Notes under the pieces: model-generated | What the model saw: only the letters and a program-made list of their open reading frames with translations | What the model was told of the DNA's origin: nothing | Database searches by the model: none | Translations under genes and position numbers: made by a program | From: an uncultured delta proteobacterium | GTDB taxonomy: Bacteria > Desulfobacterota > Binatia > Binatales > Binataceae | Reading direction: 5' to 3' | Length of the DNA stretch: 64,000 bases | Assembly: GCA_963755705.1 (NCBI GenBank) | Contig: CAVWKW010000001.1 | Coordinates: 12,777 to 76,776, forward strand | Shown: positions 9,558 through 20,666 of the stretch, in pieces | Numbering within the stretch: position 1 is the stretch's first letter | Layout: each line of letters begins with the position of its first letter

Positions 9558-10580
9558 ATGAGCTCGAAGGCAAACCTTCCGATCGTCGATATAGCGCGGC
9601 TTCGCGGAGGCGCGAACGAGCTGATCCGAATTGGCGAGGCGCTGGATCGGGCGTGCTGCGAGTTCGGATTTTTCTACGTGACCGGGCATGGAATCAGGCC
9701 AGCGCTGAGTGCGCGGATGTTGACGCTCGCGCGCGAGTTCTTTGACCTTCCGCTGGAACAGAAGATGGCAATCGCGATGACGCACGGCGGGCGGGCGTGG
9801 CGCGGATACTTTCCGGTGGAAGGCGAGCTAACCTCGGGCCAGCCCGATCGCAAGGAAGGAATCTACCTGGGCACCGAGTTGGGTTCGGACGACGCGCATG
9901 TCCGCGCAGGCGTTCCGCTGCATGGCATGAACCTTTATCCGGCGCTGCCCGGATTCCGCGACACGCTCCTGGCCTACATGGATGAAGTCACTGGGGTCGG
10001 TCAGCTATTGCTCAGCGGAATTGCCGTCGGTCTTGGGCTGGGCAAGGACTATTTCCTTGAGCGCTACACCCGCGACCCGACCGTGCTCTTCCGCATCTTC
10101 AACTATCCGCCCTCTCACACCAGCGTCGACGACGACAAGCTAGGCCTGGGTGAGCACACCGACTACGGATTGCTGACGCTGCTGCGCCAGGATGAAGTTG
10201 GAGGGCTCGAGATCTGGCATCAGGATCGCTGGATAGCGGCGACGCCGGTGCCCGACTCATTCGTGTGCAACGTCGGCGACATGCTCGAGCGATTGACCGC
10301 CGGACGTTACGTGTCGGCGCTGCATCGCGTGCGCAACAAGTCGCAGCACGATCGCATCTCGATGCCGCTATTCCTCGACCCGAGCTTTGATGCGGAGCTC
10401 ACGCCGATCGAAGTTCTTGCGCCGGACCCGACTGCCGCTGGCCGACGGCGCCACGGACGACGATGGGACGGCACCGACCTCGCGGCCGTCAGCGGCAGCT
10501 ACGGCGATTATCTATTGAACAAAGTCTCGAAGGTATTTCCGCAACTGAAAGCAAAAGTGCTGCACGACTCGCGCGGCTAA
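9558..10580 (+). CDS. 2OG-Fe(II) oxygenase, isopenicillin N synthase family
   Basis: GFFYVTGHGI, HTDYGLLT (HxD), SALHRV and RIS motifs. Confidence 0.9.
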   Translation: MSSKANLPIVDIARLRGGANELIRIGEALDRACCEFGFFYVTGHGIRPALSARMLTLAREFFDLPLEQKMAIAMTHGGRAWRGYFPVEGELTSGQPDRKEGIYLGTELGSDDAHVRAGVPLHGMNLYPALPGFRDTLLAYMDEVTGVGQLLLSGIAVGLGLGKDYFLERYTRDPTVLFRIFNYPPSHTSVDDDKLGLGEHTDYGLLTLLRQDEVGGLEIWHQDRWIAATPVPDSFVCNVGDMLERLTAGRYVSALHRVRNKSQHDRISMPLFLDPSFDAELTPIEVLAPDPTAAGRRRHGRRWDGTDLAAVSGSYGDYLLNKVSKVFPQLKAKVLHDSRG

Positions 10581-10698
10581 GCGGCCGCGGCCCCAATCAT
10601 TACGGCGCGTTTCCGCGGGCTCCACGCCGCTTGGGTTGAGCTTGCGATCCGGTTGGAAATCAGCGACTACCTATTGCAGATCGCAACGGAGGTGGGCC

Positions 10699-11955
10699 AT
10701 GGCTGAGCCGCAGCGCGCGTCGTCTTATCGATGGGTGATTGAAATCCTCCTGTTGCTCGCGCTTGCGAGCCAGACGCTTACCTGGCTTGCGCCTGCGCCG
10801 ATCCTGAGCGCGATTATTTCCGATCTTAAGATTCATCTCGGCGATGCCGGCCTGCTTATTTCCGTTATCGCGCTCTGTATCGCGATCTTCGCGCTGCTGG
10901 GTGCGATGGTCGCGCAGAAGTTCGGCGCTCTGCGATCATTTATCGGAGGACTATGGTTCCTCGCGGTCGGCGGAATCCTGAGTGGTTATGCGCAGAGCTT
11001 TGGCGCTCTGCTAGCGTGCCGCGTGCTCGAGGGAATCGGCTTCGGCGTGATGATCGCGCCGCCGGCGACTCTCGTGATGCAGTGGTTCGACGAAGCACAA
11101 TGGCCGTACATGAACATGCTGAATGCGGTGGCTCCGTTCGCCGGACTTACCATGGCGTTCGCGCTGACCGGTCCGGTGTTCAACGCGTTGGGCGGCAGAT
11201 GGCGCGCCACGCTGCTCGTGTACGGCGTTGCGGTAGCCGCGATCGCGATCGCATGGACGATACTTGGCCGTAACGCTCCCGGGCATGAGCATGCGCGCGG
11301 ACATGTGAGTGAAACCGGCGCGATGGCGAGAGTGCTCAGGATGCGCGAAATATGGACCATCGCGGTGGCTTTGTTCGCCGGCATGTGGGTGTTCCAGTTG
11401 TTCAGCGCGTTCCTGCCGGAGTTTTATGAAACCGTACGCGCGATGCCGATGGACCGGGCGGGCAGCCTGACCGCGCTGGTTCCGTTCGCCGGCATCTTCG
11501 CCGCGGCGGGCGCCGGAATCCTGACCGGGGTGATTGGCCTTCGCCGTCCGTTTACCTGGCCGATGCAGGTGCTGTTCGTGCTCGGATGCCTGGGCTCGGT
11601 GACGCTCACCAATCCGGGTGCGCTCAGGCTCTCGCTGATTCTTATCGGGGTCGGCTCTTCGGCGTTGCTGCCGACGCTCAGCACGATCGTGATGGAGCTG
11701 CCCGGAATGACGCCGACCAGCGCCGGGTCGGGGCTCGGAGTGGTATGGTGCGCGGGCTACGCGGGCGCGTTTCTTTCGCCGGTCGTCTGCGGCGCGCTGG
11801 CAGGAAGATTTGGCCTCGAGAAGGTGATGGTCGGTTCGCTGGTGTTCGGATTGGTCGCGATCGGCGGATTTTTCCTGGTGCCGGAAACCGGCCGCGGCCG
11901 CGCCCGCTCGCGAGTTACCTCGGCCGAGCTTCGGACACCCGGAGCCGTCGTCTGA
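10699..11955 (+). CDS. MFS transporter (CynX/NimT-like)
   Basis: ~12 hydrophobic segments, RVLEGIG motif; GGAGG RBS before 10699. Confidence 0.85.
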   Translation: MAEPQRASSYRWVIEILLLLALASQTLTWLAPAPILSAIISDLKIHLGDAGLLISVIALCIAIFALLGAMVAQKFGALRSFIGGLWFLAVGGILSGYAQSFGALLACRVLEGIGFGVMIAPPATLVMQWFDEAQWPYMNMLNAVAPFAGLTMAFALTGPVFNALGGRWRATLLVYGVAVAAIAIAWTILGRNAPGHEHARGHVSETGAMARVLRMREIWTIAVALFAGMWVFQLFSAFLPEFYETVRAMPMDRAGSLTALVPFAGIFAAAGAGILTGVIGLRRPFTWPMQVLFVLGCLGSVTLTNPGALRLSLILIGVGSSALLPTLSTIVMELPGMTPTSAGSGLGVVWCAGYAGAFLSPVVCGALAGRFGLEKVMVGSLVFGLVAIGGFFLVPETGRGRARSRVTSAELRTPGAVV

Positions 11956-11968
11956 CTTCGACCCGGCG

Positions 11969-12886
11969 TCACGGATTTGGTTCATCCTGCCGATGCGGCC
12001 ACAGCCACGCCGCGCCCCGGACTCCGCTCGAGTCGCCGTGGACCGGAGGAACGATCGGGGTATCAAACGCGTCCGAGAATACGTGAATTGGAATCAGCCG
12101 GGGCAGAGTTCGGTACAGCCGCTGGATATTGGAAAGGCCGCCGCCCAGCACAATCGCGTCCGGATCGAAAATGTTGACGACGTGGGCCAGAGCGCGGGCG
12201 AGGCGCTCCTCGAATTTTTCGATCACTGTACGCGCCTGCTCGTCGCCCGCTTCTGCATCGCGGGCGATCTCTCTCGCGCTCAGCTCGCGCGAGGTCGCGG
12301 CGCGAAACTGTCTGGCGAGTGCGGGGCCTGAGATGAGAGTTTCGATACAGCCGCTTTGCCCGCAGTAGCATCGCTGACCGGGGCTCTCGTCAGGATCGGG
12401 CCACGGCATCGGATTGTGTCCCCATTCGCCGGCGATCCGGTTGCGTCCCACGACCACGCGCTGACGCACGATCAATCCTCCGCCCACACCTGTGCCAAGA
12501 ATCACGCCGAACACCGATTCGGCACCCTTTGCCGCACCGTCGATCGCCTCGGACAGGGCGAAGCAGTTGGCGTCGTTCTCAATTCGTATCGGCCGCTTCA
12601 GGATGCGCGAGATATCCTGGTCCAGCGGCCTGCCATTCAAGGCCGTGCTGTTTGAATTTCTGATCAACCCGGTCTTGAGCGAAAGCGACCCGGGCGTTGC
12701 GATACCCACGGAGCCAGTCGCCTTAATCTCGCGCTCGACTGTGAATACCAACTCGGCGATCGCGTTCAGCGTGGCAGCGTAATCGCCGGCAGGAGTTGCG
12801 ATCCGATGCCGGCAGAGGACCGTGCCAGCATCATCAAGCGCGATAGCCTCGATTTTGGTTCCACCCAGATCAACGCCGATTCGCAT
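11969..12886 (-). CDS. ROK family sugar kinase (fructokinase Mak-like)
   Basis: IGVDLGGTK, ENDANC, AGEWGH, CYCGQSGCIE, HGDSSGVRGAAWL. Confidence 0.92.
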   Translation of the reverse strand: MRIGVDLGGTKIEAIALDDAGTVLCRHRIATPAGDYAATLNAIAELVFTVEREIKATGSVGIATPGSLSLKTGLIRNSNSTALNGRPLDQDISRILKRPIRIENDANCFALSEAIDGAAKGAESVFGVILGTGVGGGLIVRQRVVVGRNRIAGEWGHNPMPWPDPDESPGQRCYCGQSGCIETLISGPALARQFRAATSRELSAREIARDAEAGDEQARTVIEKFEERLARALAHVVNIFDPDAIVLGGGLSNIQRLYRTLPRLIPIHVFSDAFDTPIVPPVHGDSSGVRGAAWLWPHRQDEPNP

Positions 12887-12942
12887 ACTTCTGACTCAAA
12901 TGTTTCAAAGCGGAGCGCCACCGATGCGGAGGATCTCCGAAT

Positions 12943-14400
12943 CTAGGGTTTGTCGACGCGCTGAAACTCATCGGGCGGAGAGTACGGTCCCTTCAAAAGC
13001 TCTGCAAGGTAATATCTCCCCATAAAAGCTACGGCGGAGTCGGGATCCTTCGCCAGCGTCTCCAGATATTTCCGCGCCTGTGGGGTGCCGATACCGCCAA
13101 GGAGATACGCGGCATGTTCGCGCGTCGCCGGATCGCTGCTTTGCGCCAACTGCGCGGCCGTATCCAAGCCCTCGTTTGGAGCAATATTCAGAAACTTCTT
13201 GATCCGGTCTGCCTCCGCCTGCAGGCATTTCTTATCGCTCTGATCGTCGGAGGACTCGGTAATTGGAGACGCGGAAATCCGCTTGTCGATCGAGTCGAGT
13301 CTGTGACGGTAAAAGTCCTTGAACTGGTCGCTGACGTTCTTATAGCCGTCGCCCGCCCACGCATAGATCACGGGCCATCGAGCAGTGCAGTGCGGAAACT
13401 GTTCGTCCAGACTGCCGTCAAGAACGAATTCCATGCGACCGTCGTGTTTAAGATCCTTGAGGCTTGCGGATACATCGCCACCATCACCGATTGAACCACC
13501 CCCCGTATACAATTCAAATCCCGAGGTTGTCTTGTCGATGATGAAAACGTCTCGGCACGAGGGTCGTTCAGGGACGCCGATCCCCGCGACGAGAGAGAGG
13601 GAGCCGTTGTGGCGAAGATCTACGAAGCGGAAAGAGCATACGTATCCGGCGTGCTCGTCGTCCGAGTCGCTGTTTCCTATGTCTGCGTCTTCCCCGACCG
13701 CGGTTTCAAGGGCGTTGAGAAATTTCACGAGGACTTTCATCGACGGCGGAGCGCTGGCCAGGTTCGGCGATGCGCCGACTGACCAGTCATGGGACGCCAG
13801 ACTCGATCTCAGCGCGTTCGCTGGGATCGCGGTGCGCGCTCTTGACGGCGTAGCCATCCCGGTCGGTTTTACCGACGCCCGGGTTGTTGCTTGCGGCGGA
13901 TACTCGCTGGCGCCGTCGTCAGCCACGAAGCGTACCGTCTCGACGATCGATCGCACAGGAACGATTTTGTCCTTAAGCGGCGGTGGGGAGGAGGATCCTA
14001 TCGAGCACAAGCGGGGCGAGAGAATTTCGACACTCCACATGCACGCAGGCCAGCACATCACGCACTCGAAAGCGGCTTCCTGGCCGCCCAGCCGAATCGG
14101 CTTGCATCCACGATCGAGCGGTTGAAACGCGGTGGCAGCGTCGTGATATACGACGAATCCCAGCACGAGAGTTTTCTGTGCGTCCACTAAATCGACTATT
14201 GCATCGGCGTCGGGCAGGCCGGCCCTATGAAGACTTCGCTCGCGAATTTGCAGCGACGGCGGGTACCGGAAGGACAATCCAGTAGCCGCATTTCGGTACA
14301 GCTTCCAGTCACGATCGCTCGCACGGCTGCCCGACGGATAGAGCAACAAGACGCTCAACAGGGCGGCGAGCATCCTCAATGGGTGCGTTTTTGGCCGCAC
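12943..14400 (-). CDS. Exported multidomain hypothetical protein with C-terminal HEAT repeat
   Basis: Signal peptide; WKLYRN..GLSFRYP N-terminus; REHAAYLLGGIG..LETLAKDPDSAV HEAT-like end. Confidence 0.65.
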   Translation of the reverse strand: MRPKTHPLRMLAALLSVLLLYPSGSRASDRDWKLYRNAATGLSFRYPPSLQIRERSLHRAGLPDADAIVDLVDAQKTLVLGFVVYHDAATAFQPLDRGCKPIRLGGQEAAFECVMCWPACMWSVEILSPRLCSIGSSSPPPLKDKIVPVRSIVETVRFVADDGASEYPPQATTRASVKPTGMATPSRARTAIPANALRSSLASHDWSVGASPNLASAPPSMKVLVKFLNALETAVGEDADIGNSDSDDEHAGYVCSFRFVDLRHNGSLSLVAGIGVPERPSCRDVFIIDKTTSGFELYTGGGSIGDGGDVSASLKDLKHDGRMEFVLDGSLDEQFPHCTARWPVIYAWAGDGYKNVSDQFKDFYRHRLDSIDKRISASPITESSDDQSDKKCLQAEADRIKKFLNIAPNEGLDTAAQLAQSSDPATREHAAYLLGGIGTPQARKYLETLAKDPDSAVAFMGRYYLAELLKGPYSPPDEFQRVDKP

Positions 14401-14620
14401 AAAAATAGGTGGAGGGGATTCGGCGAGGTTGATGTGTACACCTCTTGGCGCACTCCAACTAACTCGGAGTGTATCGCACTATAGTAAACGCCATCCTTTG
14501 ATCAAACCTTTGGAGGTGAACCTTCCGGATGGCGAGCCAGGCGGCTTGCGAGGCGCAACCGGGTTGGCTATTCGCGGTGCTATAGAGGAGGAGCAATCCA
14601 ACAGGTCGCTGGAGCCGGAT

Positions 14621-15844
14621 ATGAGCCAGAAAATGCCGCCGCGGATCCTCGAGGGGTACAAGGTCGTCGATTTCACGCAGATAGTCGCGGGACCCACCTG
14701 CACCTTGATGCTCGCGGAGATGGGCGCCGAGGTGATCAAGGTCGAGATGGCGCCGGCGGGTGATCCGTCGCGCGGCGCGCCGCTTATGCGCAATGGACGC
14801 AGTGGCTACTTCGTCCAGCACAATCGCGGAAAGAAAGGCATCTGCGTTGACGTGAAAACTTCGGCGGGGCACGAAATCGTCGCGGAGCTGATTCGCGGAG
14901 CCGATGTCCTGGTCGAGAATTTCGCGCCGGGCGCGATCGGACGCCTGGGTTTCGGTTACGAACGCGCGAAGCAACTGAATCCGAAAATCGTGATGTGCTC
15001 GATCTCCGCGTTCGGTCAAAGCGGGATGCTGGCGCACGAGCCGGGGTTCGATTACCTGGGCGCCGCGTATGCGGGAATCGTTTCGATGGGCGGAGAGCCG
15101 AACGGGGCGCCCTATGTGATCATGTCGGCGATCGGCGACGTCAGCACCGGCGTGCACGCGATGGGCGCGATCTGCGCGGCACTGCTTTATCGTGAGAGGC
15201 GCGGTCTGGGCCAGTTTCTCGATATCTCACTGCTCGATAGCTACTTCCATTATCACGAGGCCGCGGTCGAAACCTTCAGCCTGAGCAAAGGCGAGATCAG
15301 TCCGACTCGCTCCGGCCTGCACTCCTGGTACTCGGTTCCCGCCGGACTCTTCAAGGCGAAGGATCGCTACATAATTATCATCGCGCCGCTGCTGCATCAG
15401 TTCGCCGGACTCTGCCGCGCGATGGGCCGGCCCGAGCTCGTGGAAGATCCGCGCTTCAAACCCGAGAGCCGTCTCGCACATCTGAAAGAGCTGGTCGCGA
15501 TCGTGGAAGCATGGCTCGCGTCGATGCCGAGCGATGAAGCCTCGATGGCCGCGATGAAAGAGCATCGCGTGCCCCACGCTCCCGTTCTGTCAGTGGCCGA
15601 GGCGGTGAATCATCCGCATCTGCGCCAGCGCGGAACGGTCCGCACCATTCACGATCGAATTCTGGGCGACTTCGATGTCCCCGGATTCGCGCTCAGATTC
15701 TCGGATTTTCCAGAGAACCTGGAACTCGAAGCGCCGATGCTCGGCGAACATAACGAAGAGGTGCTAACCACGCAGCTTGGTTATTCGACCGCGCGCGTCA
15801 GAGAGCTGGAACGGGGCGGTGTGCTCCGTTCCGGTCCTGCCTGA
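14621..15844 (+). CDS. CaiB/BaiF family III CoA-transferase
   Basis: AGPTCTLMLAEMGAEVIKVE, NRGKK, ADVLVENF, catalytic Asp in AIGDVS, APMLGEHNEEVL. Confidence 0.92.
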   Translation: MSQKMPPRILEGYKVVDFTQIVAGPTCTLMLAEMGAEVIKVEMAPAGDPSRGAPLMRNGRSGYFVQHNRGKKGICVDVKTSAGHEIVAELIRGADVLVENFAPGAIGRLGFGYERAKQLNPKIVMCSISAFGQSGMLAHEPGFDYLGAAYAGIVSMGGEPNGAPYVIMSAIGDVSTGVHAMGAICAALLYRERRGLGQFLDISLLDSYFHYHEAAVETFSLSKGEISPTRSGLHSWYSVPAGLFKAKDRYIIIIAPLLHQFAGLCRAMGRPELVEDPRFKPESRLAHLKELVAIVEAWLASMPSDEASMAAMKEHRVPHAPVLSVAEAVNHPHLRQRGTVRTIHDRILGDFDVPGFALRFSDFPENLELEAPMLGEHNEEVLTTQLGYSTARVRELERGGVLRSGPA

Positions 15845-15854
15845 CGCAGTCTCT

Positions 15855-16130
15855 ATGACGTTCACCAAGCGGCTTCGTGCGCCAATCGCGCGCGGCGAGA
15901 TCACGTGCAGCATCAGGATATGGCGCAGCCCGCATGTCCGGGTCGGCGGACATTACAGACTGGACCTGGGGTTTATCCTGGTGAACTCGGTCCGGCAGAT
16001 CACCCTTGCGGACATCACGCCGGAACTGGCTAAACGTAGCGGATTTTCAGGGGTCGTCGACCTTCTGAAAGTGGCGAAGCATGGTGCGGGCGAGAACGTC
16101 TATCTGATCGAATTCGAATACCATCCATAG
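15855..16130 (+). CDS. ASCH-domain-like small protein
   Basis: F..IARGEITCSIRIW, ITPELAKRSGF and VYLIEF pattern. Confidence 0.65.
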   Translation: MTFTKRLRAPIARGEITCSIRIWRSPHVRVGGHYRLDLGFILVNSVRQITLADITPELAKRSGFSGVVDLLKVAKHGAGENVYLIEFEYHP

Positions 16131-16188
16131 CCGGGCGCGAACGGACGATTGCATCAGGATCGCGGTCGCAGGTAGCTTTGCGCGTAAC

Positions 16189-17412
16189 ATGAGCATCGCC
16201 CGTATCCGATTTGTTCCCCGGGATTCATTTCCGCCGGTCGTTATATTTGCGGCTGTGATCGCGCTGGCGGCGGCAGGATGTAAAGGCGCGGCGCCCGCTT
16301 CATCCAGCGCGGCGATCCCGCAGGTGCTGGTTGCGAAGGTCGTCCAGAAAGATGTGCCGACCTATACGGAATCAGTCGGAACGACCGAGGGATTCGTCAA
16401 CGCCAGGATTCTTCCGAAAGTATCCGGCTACCTGCTCAAACAGGATTACAAGGACGGCGCTCACGTCCATGCCAACCAGTTGCTATTCGAGATCGATGAT
16501 CGCCCGTACAAGGCGGCGCTCGATCAGGCGCTCGGCAATCTCGCGCAGGTGCAGGCTCAGCTAAAACAGAATCAGCAGGACCTAGCACGTTTCACCGCGC
16601 TCTACAAGGCGCAGGTAATCTCGAAGCAACAGTTCCAGACCCAGACTCAGTTGACCCGCGCGACCGCGGCGCAGGTGCAATCGGCGCAGGGCGCGGTGGA
16701 AACCGCAAGGCTCAATGAGAATTGGACCAAAGTATATTCGCCGATCGACGGTATCGCCGCGATCGCAAAAGCGCAGGTTGGCGATTTAGTGAGTAATATT
16801 ACATTGCTTACTACGGTCTCGCAGCTCGATCCGATCAAGGTCTCGTTTCCAATCAGTGAAAAAGAGTACCTGGTATTTGCCGGCCGGATTAACGCGCGAG
16901 AGAACGGAACCCCCAAAAACACTGACGCTCCATTTACATTGATGCTCGACAACGGAACGACCTATGCGCATCGAGGACAGTTTTACGCGGCCGGCCGGCA
17001 AGTTGACGCGCAAACCGGCACTATCGAGATTCAGGCTACCTTCCCCAATACCGAAGACCTCCTGCGGCCCGGAATGTACGCGAAGGTCCGGGCGGAAACC
17101 GGCGTAATCAAGGACGCGGTGCTGGTTCCGCAGAGCGCGGTGTTTGAGATCCAGGGACAATACGAGATCGCGACAGTCGGCGACGACAACAAAGTCACGC
17201 TCCGTACCGTGACTCCCGGAAAAAAAGTGGGCGATCTCTGGCTTATCGATTCAGGCGCCACCGCGGGAGAAACGGTCGTGATTGAAGGCGTCCAGAAAAT
17301 GAAAGATGGAATGGAAATAAATCCGCAGGTCGCGCCGGTGCCGTCACCGGACCTCACGCCGGAAGCAATCTCGACTCCGTCGATCAACCTCGCCCCGGCC
17401 CGGCAACAGTAG
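16189..17412 (+). CDS. RND efflux membrane fusion protein (lipoprotein)
   Basis: Lipobox AAGC, KVSGYL, SPIDGI, LLRPGMY; directly upstream of the RND permease. Confidence 0.93.
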   Translation: MSIARIRFVPRDSFPPVVIFAAVIALAAAGCKGAAPASSSAAIPQVLVAKVVQKDVPTYTESVGTTEGFVNARILPKVSGYLLKQDYKDGAHVHANQLLFEIDDRPYKAALDQALGNLAQVQAQLKQNQQDLARFTALYKAQVISKQQFQTQTQLTRATAAQVQSAQGAVETARLNENWTKVYSPIDGIAAIAKAQVGDLVSNITLLTTVSQLDPIKVSFPISEKEYLVFAGRINARENGTPKNTDAPFTLMLDNGTTYAHRGQFYAAGRQVDAQTGTIEIQATFPNTEDLLRPGMYAKVRAETGVIKDAVLVPQSAVFEIQGQYEIATVGDDNKVTLRTVTPGKKVGDLWLIDSGATAGETVVIEGVQKMKDGMEINPQVAPVPSPDLTPEAISTPSINLAPARQQ

Positions 17413-17417
17413 CGTCG

Positions 17418-20400
17418 ATGTCGAAGTTCTTTATAGACAGGCCCATCATCGCGATGGTGGTCGCGATCTTTTTCGTGATCGCCGGCACCGTGATGATCTT
17501 CCGCCTCCCGGTCGCGCAGTTTCCGGAGATCGTGCCCCCTCAGATCCAGACTTCGGCGACCTACACCGGTGCGGACGCGCTGACCGTCGAGCAGTCGGTA
17601 GCCACACCTATCGAGGAACAGGTGAACGGCGCCAAGAACATGATCTACATGGAGTCGATCAACGGCAACGACGGCTCGATGTCGCTGCAGGTCAGTTTCG
17701 AAGTCGGAACCAACGTCGATATCGATCAGGTGCAGGTGCAAAACCGGCTCTCGCAGGCGCTGTCGAGCCTGCCGGCGGCGGTCAGCAACTACGGCCTCAC
17801 CACGCAGCAGACGGTGGGAATTCCGCTGCTGGTGTTCGCGATCACCTCGCCCAAGGGAACCTGGGATCAGAGCTTTCTGTCCAACTACACCGCGATCAAT
17901 ATCGAAGACGAACTCGCGCGGACTCCGGGAATCGGGCAGGTAAAGATCTTCGGCGCGGGCAACTACGCGATGCGCGTGTGGGTGACGCCGGACAAGCTGA
18001 CCACCCTTCAACTGACGGTGGCCGATATCGTCAATGCGCTCTCGACCCAGAACGTAGTGAATCCCGCCGGCACGATCGGCGGCGCGCCCGCGCCCGCGGG
18101 ACAGCAGTTCACCTACCCGGTGGTTACGCAGGGCCGCCTGATGAGCGCGGACGAGTTCGGCAATGTGATCATTCGCGCCAATCCCGACGGCTCGTTCGTG
18201 CGCCTTAGAGATGTCGCGCGGATCGACCTGGGCGCGGAGAATTATAATCAGCTTTCGTACATAAACGGCGCGACGTCGGCCAACGTGTTGCTCTATCAAA
18301 ACCCCGGCTCGAATGCGCTGCACGCGGCGAACCTGGCGAAAGCCGAGATGGCCGCGCTTTCGAAACATTTCCCGCAGGACATGCAATCCGTCCTGACGCT
18401 CGATACCACGGTGCCCGTCACCGAGGGCGCCAGCGAGATCGTCAAGACGCTGCTCGAAGCGATCGGCCTGGTGGTGCTGGTGGTTTTTATCTTCCTGCAG
18501 AGTTGGCGGGCTACGCTGATCCCGATCCTCACCATCCCGGTGTCGCTGGTCGGCGCGTTCATGTTTTTCCCGATGGTAGGATTCTCGATCAACACGCTTT
18601 CGCTGCTCGCCCTGGTGCTCGCGGTGGGTCTGGTCGTCGATGACGCGATCGTCGTGGTCGAGGCTATCGAGGCAAAGATCGAGCAGGGGCGATCGCCTCA
18701 CGATGCGGCGGTCGAGGCAATGAAGGAAGTCAGCGGCGCGCTGGTCGGGATCGCGCTGGTGCTGTCGGCGGTGTTTATCCCGGCCGGCTTCATGACCGGT
18801 ATCACCGGGTCTCTCTACCGCCAGTTCGCGCTCACGATCGCATTCTCGGTGCTGATCTCGGCCTTCAATGCTCTGACGCTAAGCCCGGCGCTGGGAGCGC
18901 TGATCCTGCGGCCCAAAACGGCGCAACCCACCCGGGTCCGCTTGGGTATTTGTTTGGAGGGTTCAACCGCGGATATGCGCGGGTACAGAACGTCTACGTC
19001 CGGGTGTGCGGATTGCTCGCGCGCAAGGTGCTGATCGCGGTGGCCATCCTGGTGGGCTTCATTATCCTTGCTGGAGGTTTCGGCAAGGTGCTCTCGAGCT
19101 CATTTCTTCCAGACGAGGACCAGGGTTACTTCCTGATGAACGTCGAGCTTCCGGAGGGTGCCTCACTCCAGCGCACCGAGGCGGCGCTGAAACAGATCAA
19201 CGCGATCCTGAAAGACGAACCCTCGCTGCGCTACTACACCGGTATCGCGGGCTACAGCATTCTCTCGCAGACCAGCAGTCCTCGCAGCGCTTTGTTCTTC
19301 TGCGAGCTGCAGCCCTATCCGCAACGAATGACTGCGGCGCAGCAGGCGCCAGTTATCGTGGCAAATCTCAACCGGAAGCTCGCGGCACTCTCGAGCGCGC
19401 AGGCGTTTGCATTTTTGCCGCCCGCGATTCCCGGTATCGGGCAGGCCGGCGGTGTCGATTTTTTCATTCAGGATCGCGGCGGCCACGACGTCGATTATCT
19501 GTGGCAGAACACGCAGAAGTTTCTCGCCGCGGCGCACAAGCGGCCGGAACTCGCGCAGCTGAGTTTGACCTTCAGTCCCAGCGTTCCGCAGTTCTTTGCC
19601 GACGTCGCCAAGGACAAGGTGTTCAAGCTCGGCATTCCCATCAGCGACGTGTACGAGGAGCTGCAAACCCTGCTCGGCGGCGCGTACGTGAATCAATTCA
19701 ACCGCTTCGGCCGGGTGTGGAAAGTATTTGTCGAGGCGGAGCCGCAATATCGCAGCAAGGCGTCCGACGTCGGCCAGTTCTACGTCAAAAACAAAGCCGG
19801 CCAGATGGTTCCGCTCTCGACGCTGATCACGATGCAGCGCACGACGGGACCGGAATACACGACGCGGTTTAACGAATACCGCTCGATCGAGATCTTCGGC
19901 ACTCCCGCGCCGGGCTACAGCACCGGCGACGCGATGAACGCGATCAGCGCGACAGCGGCCAGCGTCCTGCCGCGCGACATGGGATACGCCTGGAACGGGA
20001 TCACCTTTCAGCAGGCGGCGGCGGGCGGCGGCGCAGGCGTATTCGGATTGTCGATCGTCATGGTCTTTCTAATCCTGGTGGCGCTCTACCAAAGCTGGTC
20101 GCTCCCGTTCAGCGTGCTGCTGAGCGTACCGATCGCGGTTTGTGGCGGATTCTTCGGGCTGTGGGTGCGCGGACTGGACAATGACGTTTACGCGCAAGTC
20201 GGACTGATCATGCTGATCGGACTTTCGGCGAAGAACGCCATCTTGATTGTGGAATTCGCCAAGGCGGAACTCGAAAAGGGCGAGTCGATCATCGACGCCG
20301 CGCTAAACGGCGCGCGCATCCGTTTGCGTCCTATCCTGATGACTTCGTTTGCATTCATTTTCGGCTTGATGCCGTTGCTGTACGCTCTTGGCGCCGGCGC

Positions 20401-20587
20401 GGTTTCCCGCAGGCTTATCGGCACTGTCACGATCATGGGAATGGTGTTCTCGAGCGGGATCGCGATTTTCCTGGTGCCGCCGCTGTTCGTCCTGGTCGAG
20501 CAGTTGTCCCATCGAGTTCGCGGCAAAGGTTCCAGACTCGCTCCAGAGGCTCAGGGACCCGCCGCACAGGTTGCAGCATCTGATTGA
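17418..20587 (+). pseudogene. HAE1 RND efflux permease split by a 1-bp frameshift near 18934 (pseudogene or sequencing error)
   Basis: ORFs 17418-19034 and 18950-20587 are the two halves ([19 protein letters not shown]; [21 protein letters not shown]). Adding one G to GGG 18934-18936 gives [14 protein letters not shown]. Confidence 0.88.
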
Positions 20588-20666
20588 TTGGCGCTGTGCC
20601 GGCAATTTTAACTGGCGCCCGCATCTGAACTAGGCTATTCATCCATCAGTCACGAGGTGCGGGGTC

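Noticed and set aside
17031-18701. 556-aa minus-strand ORF
   Set aside because: Antisense shadow of the RND permease.
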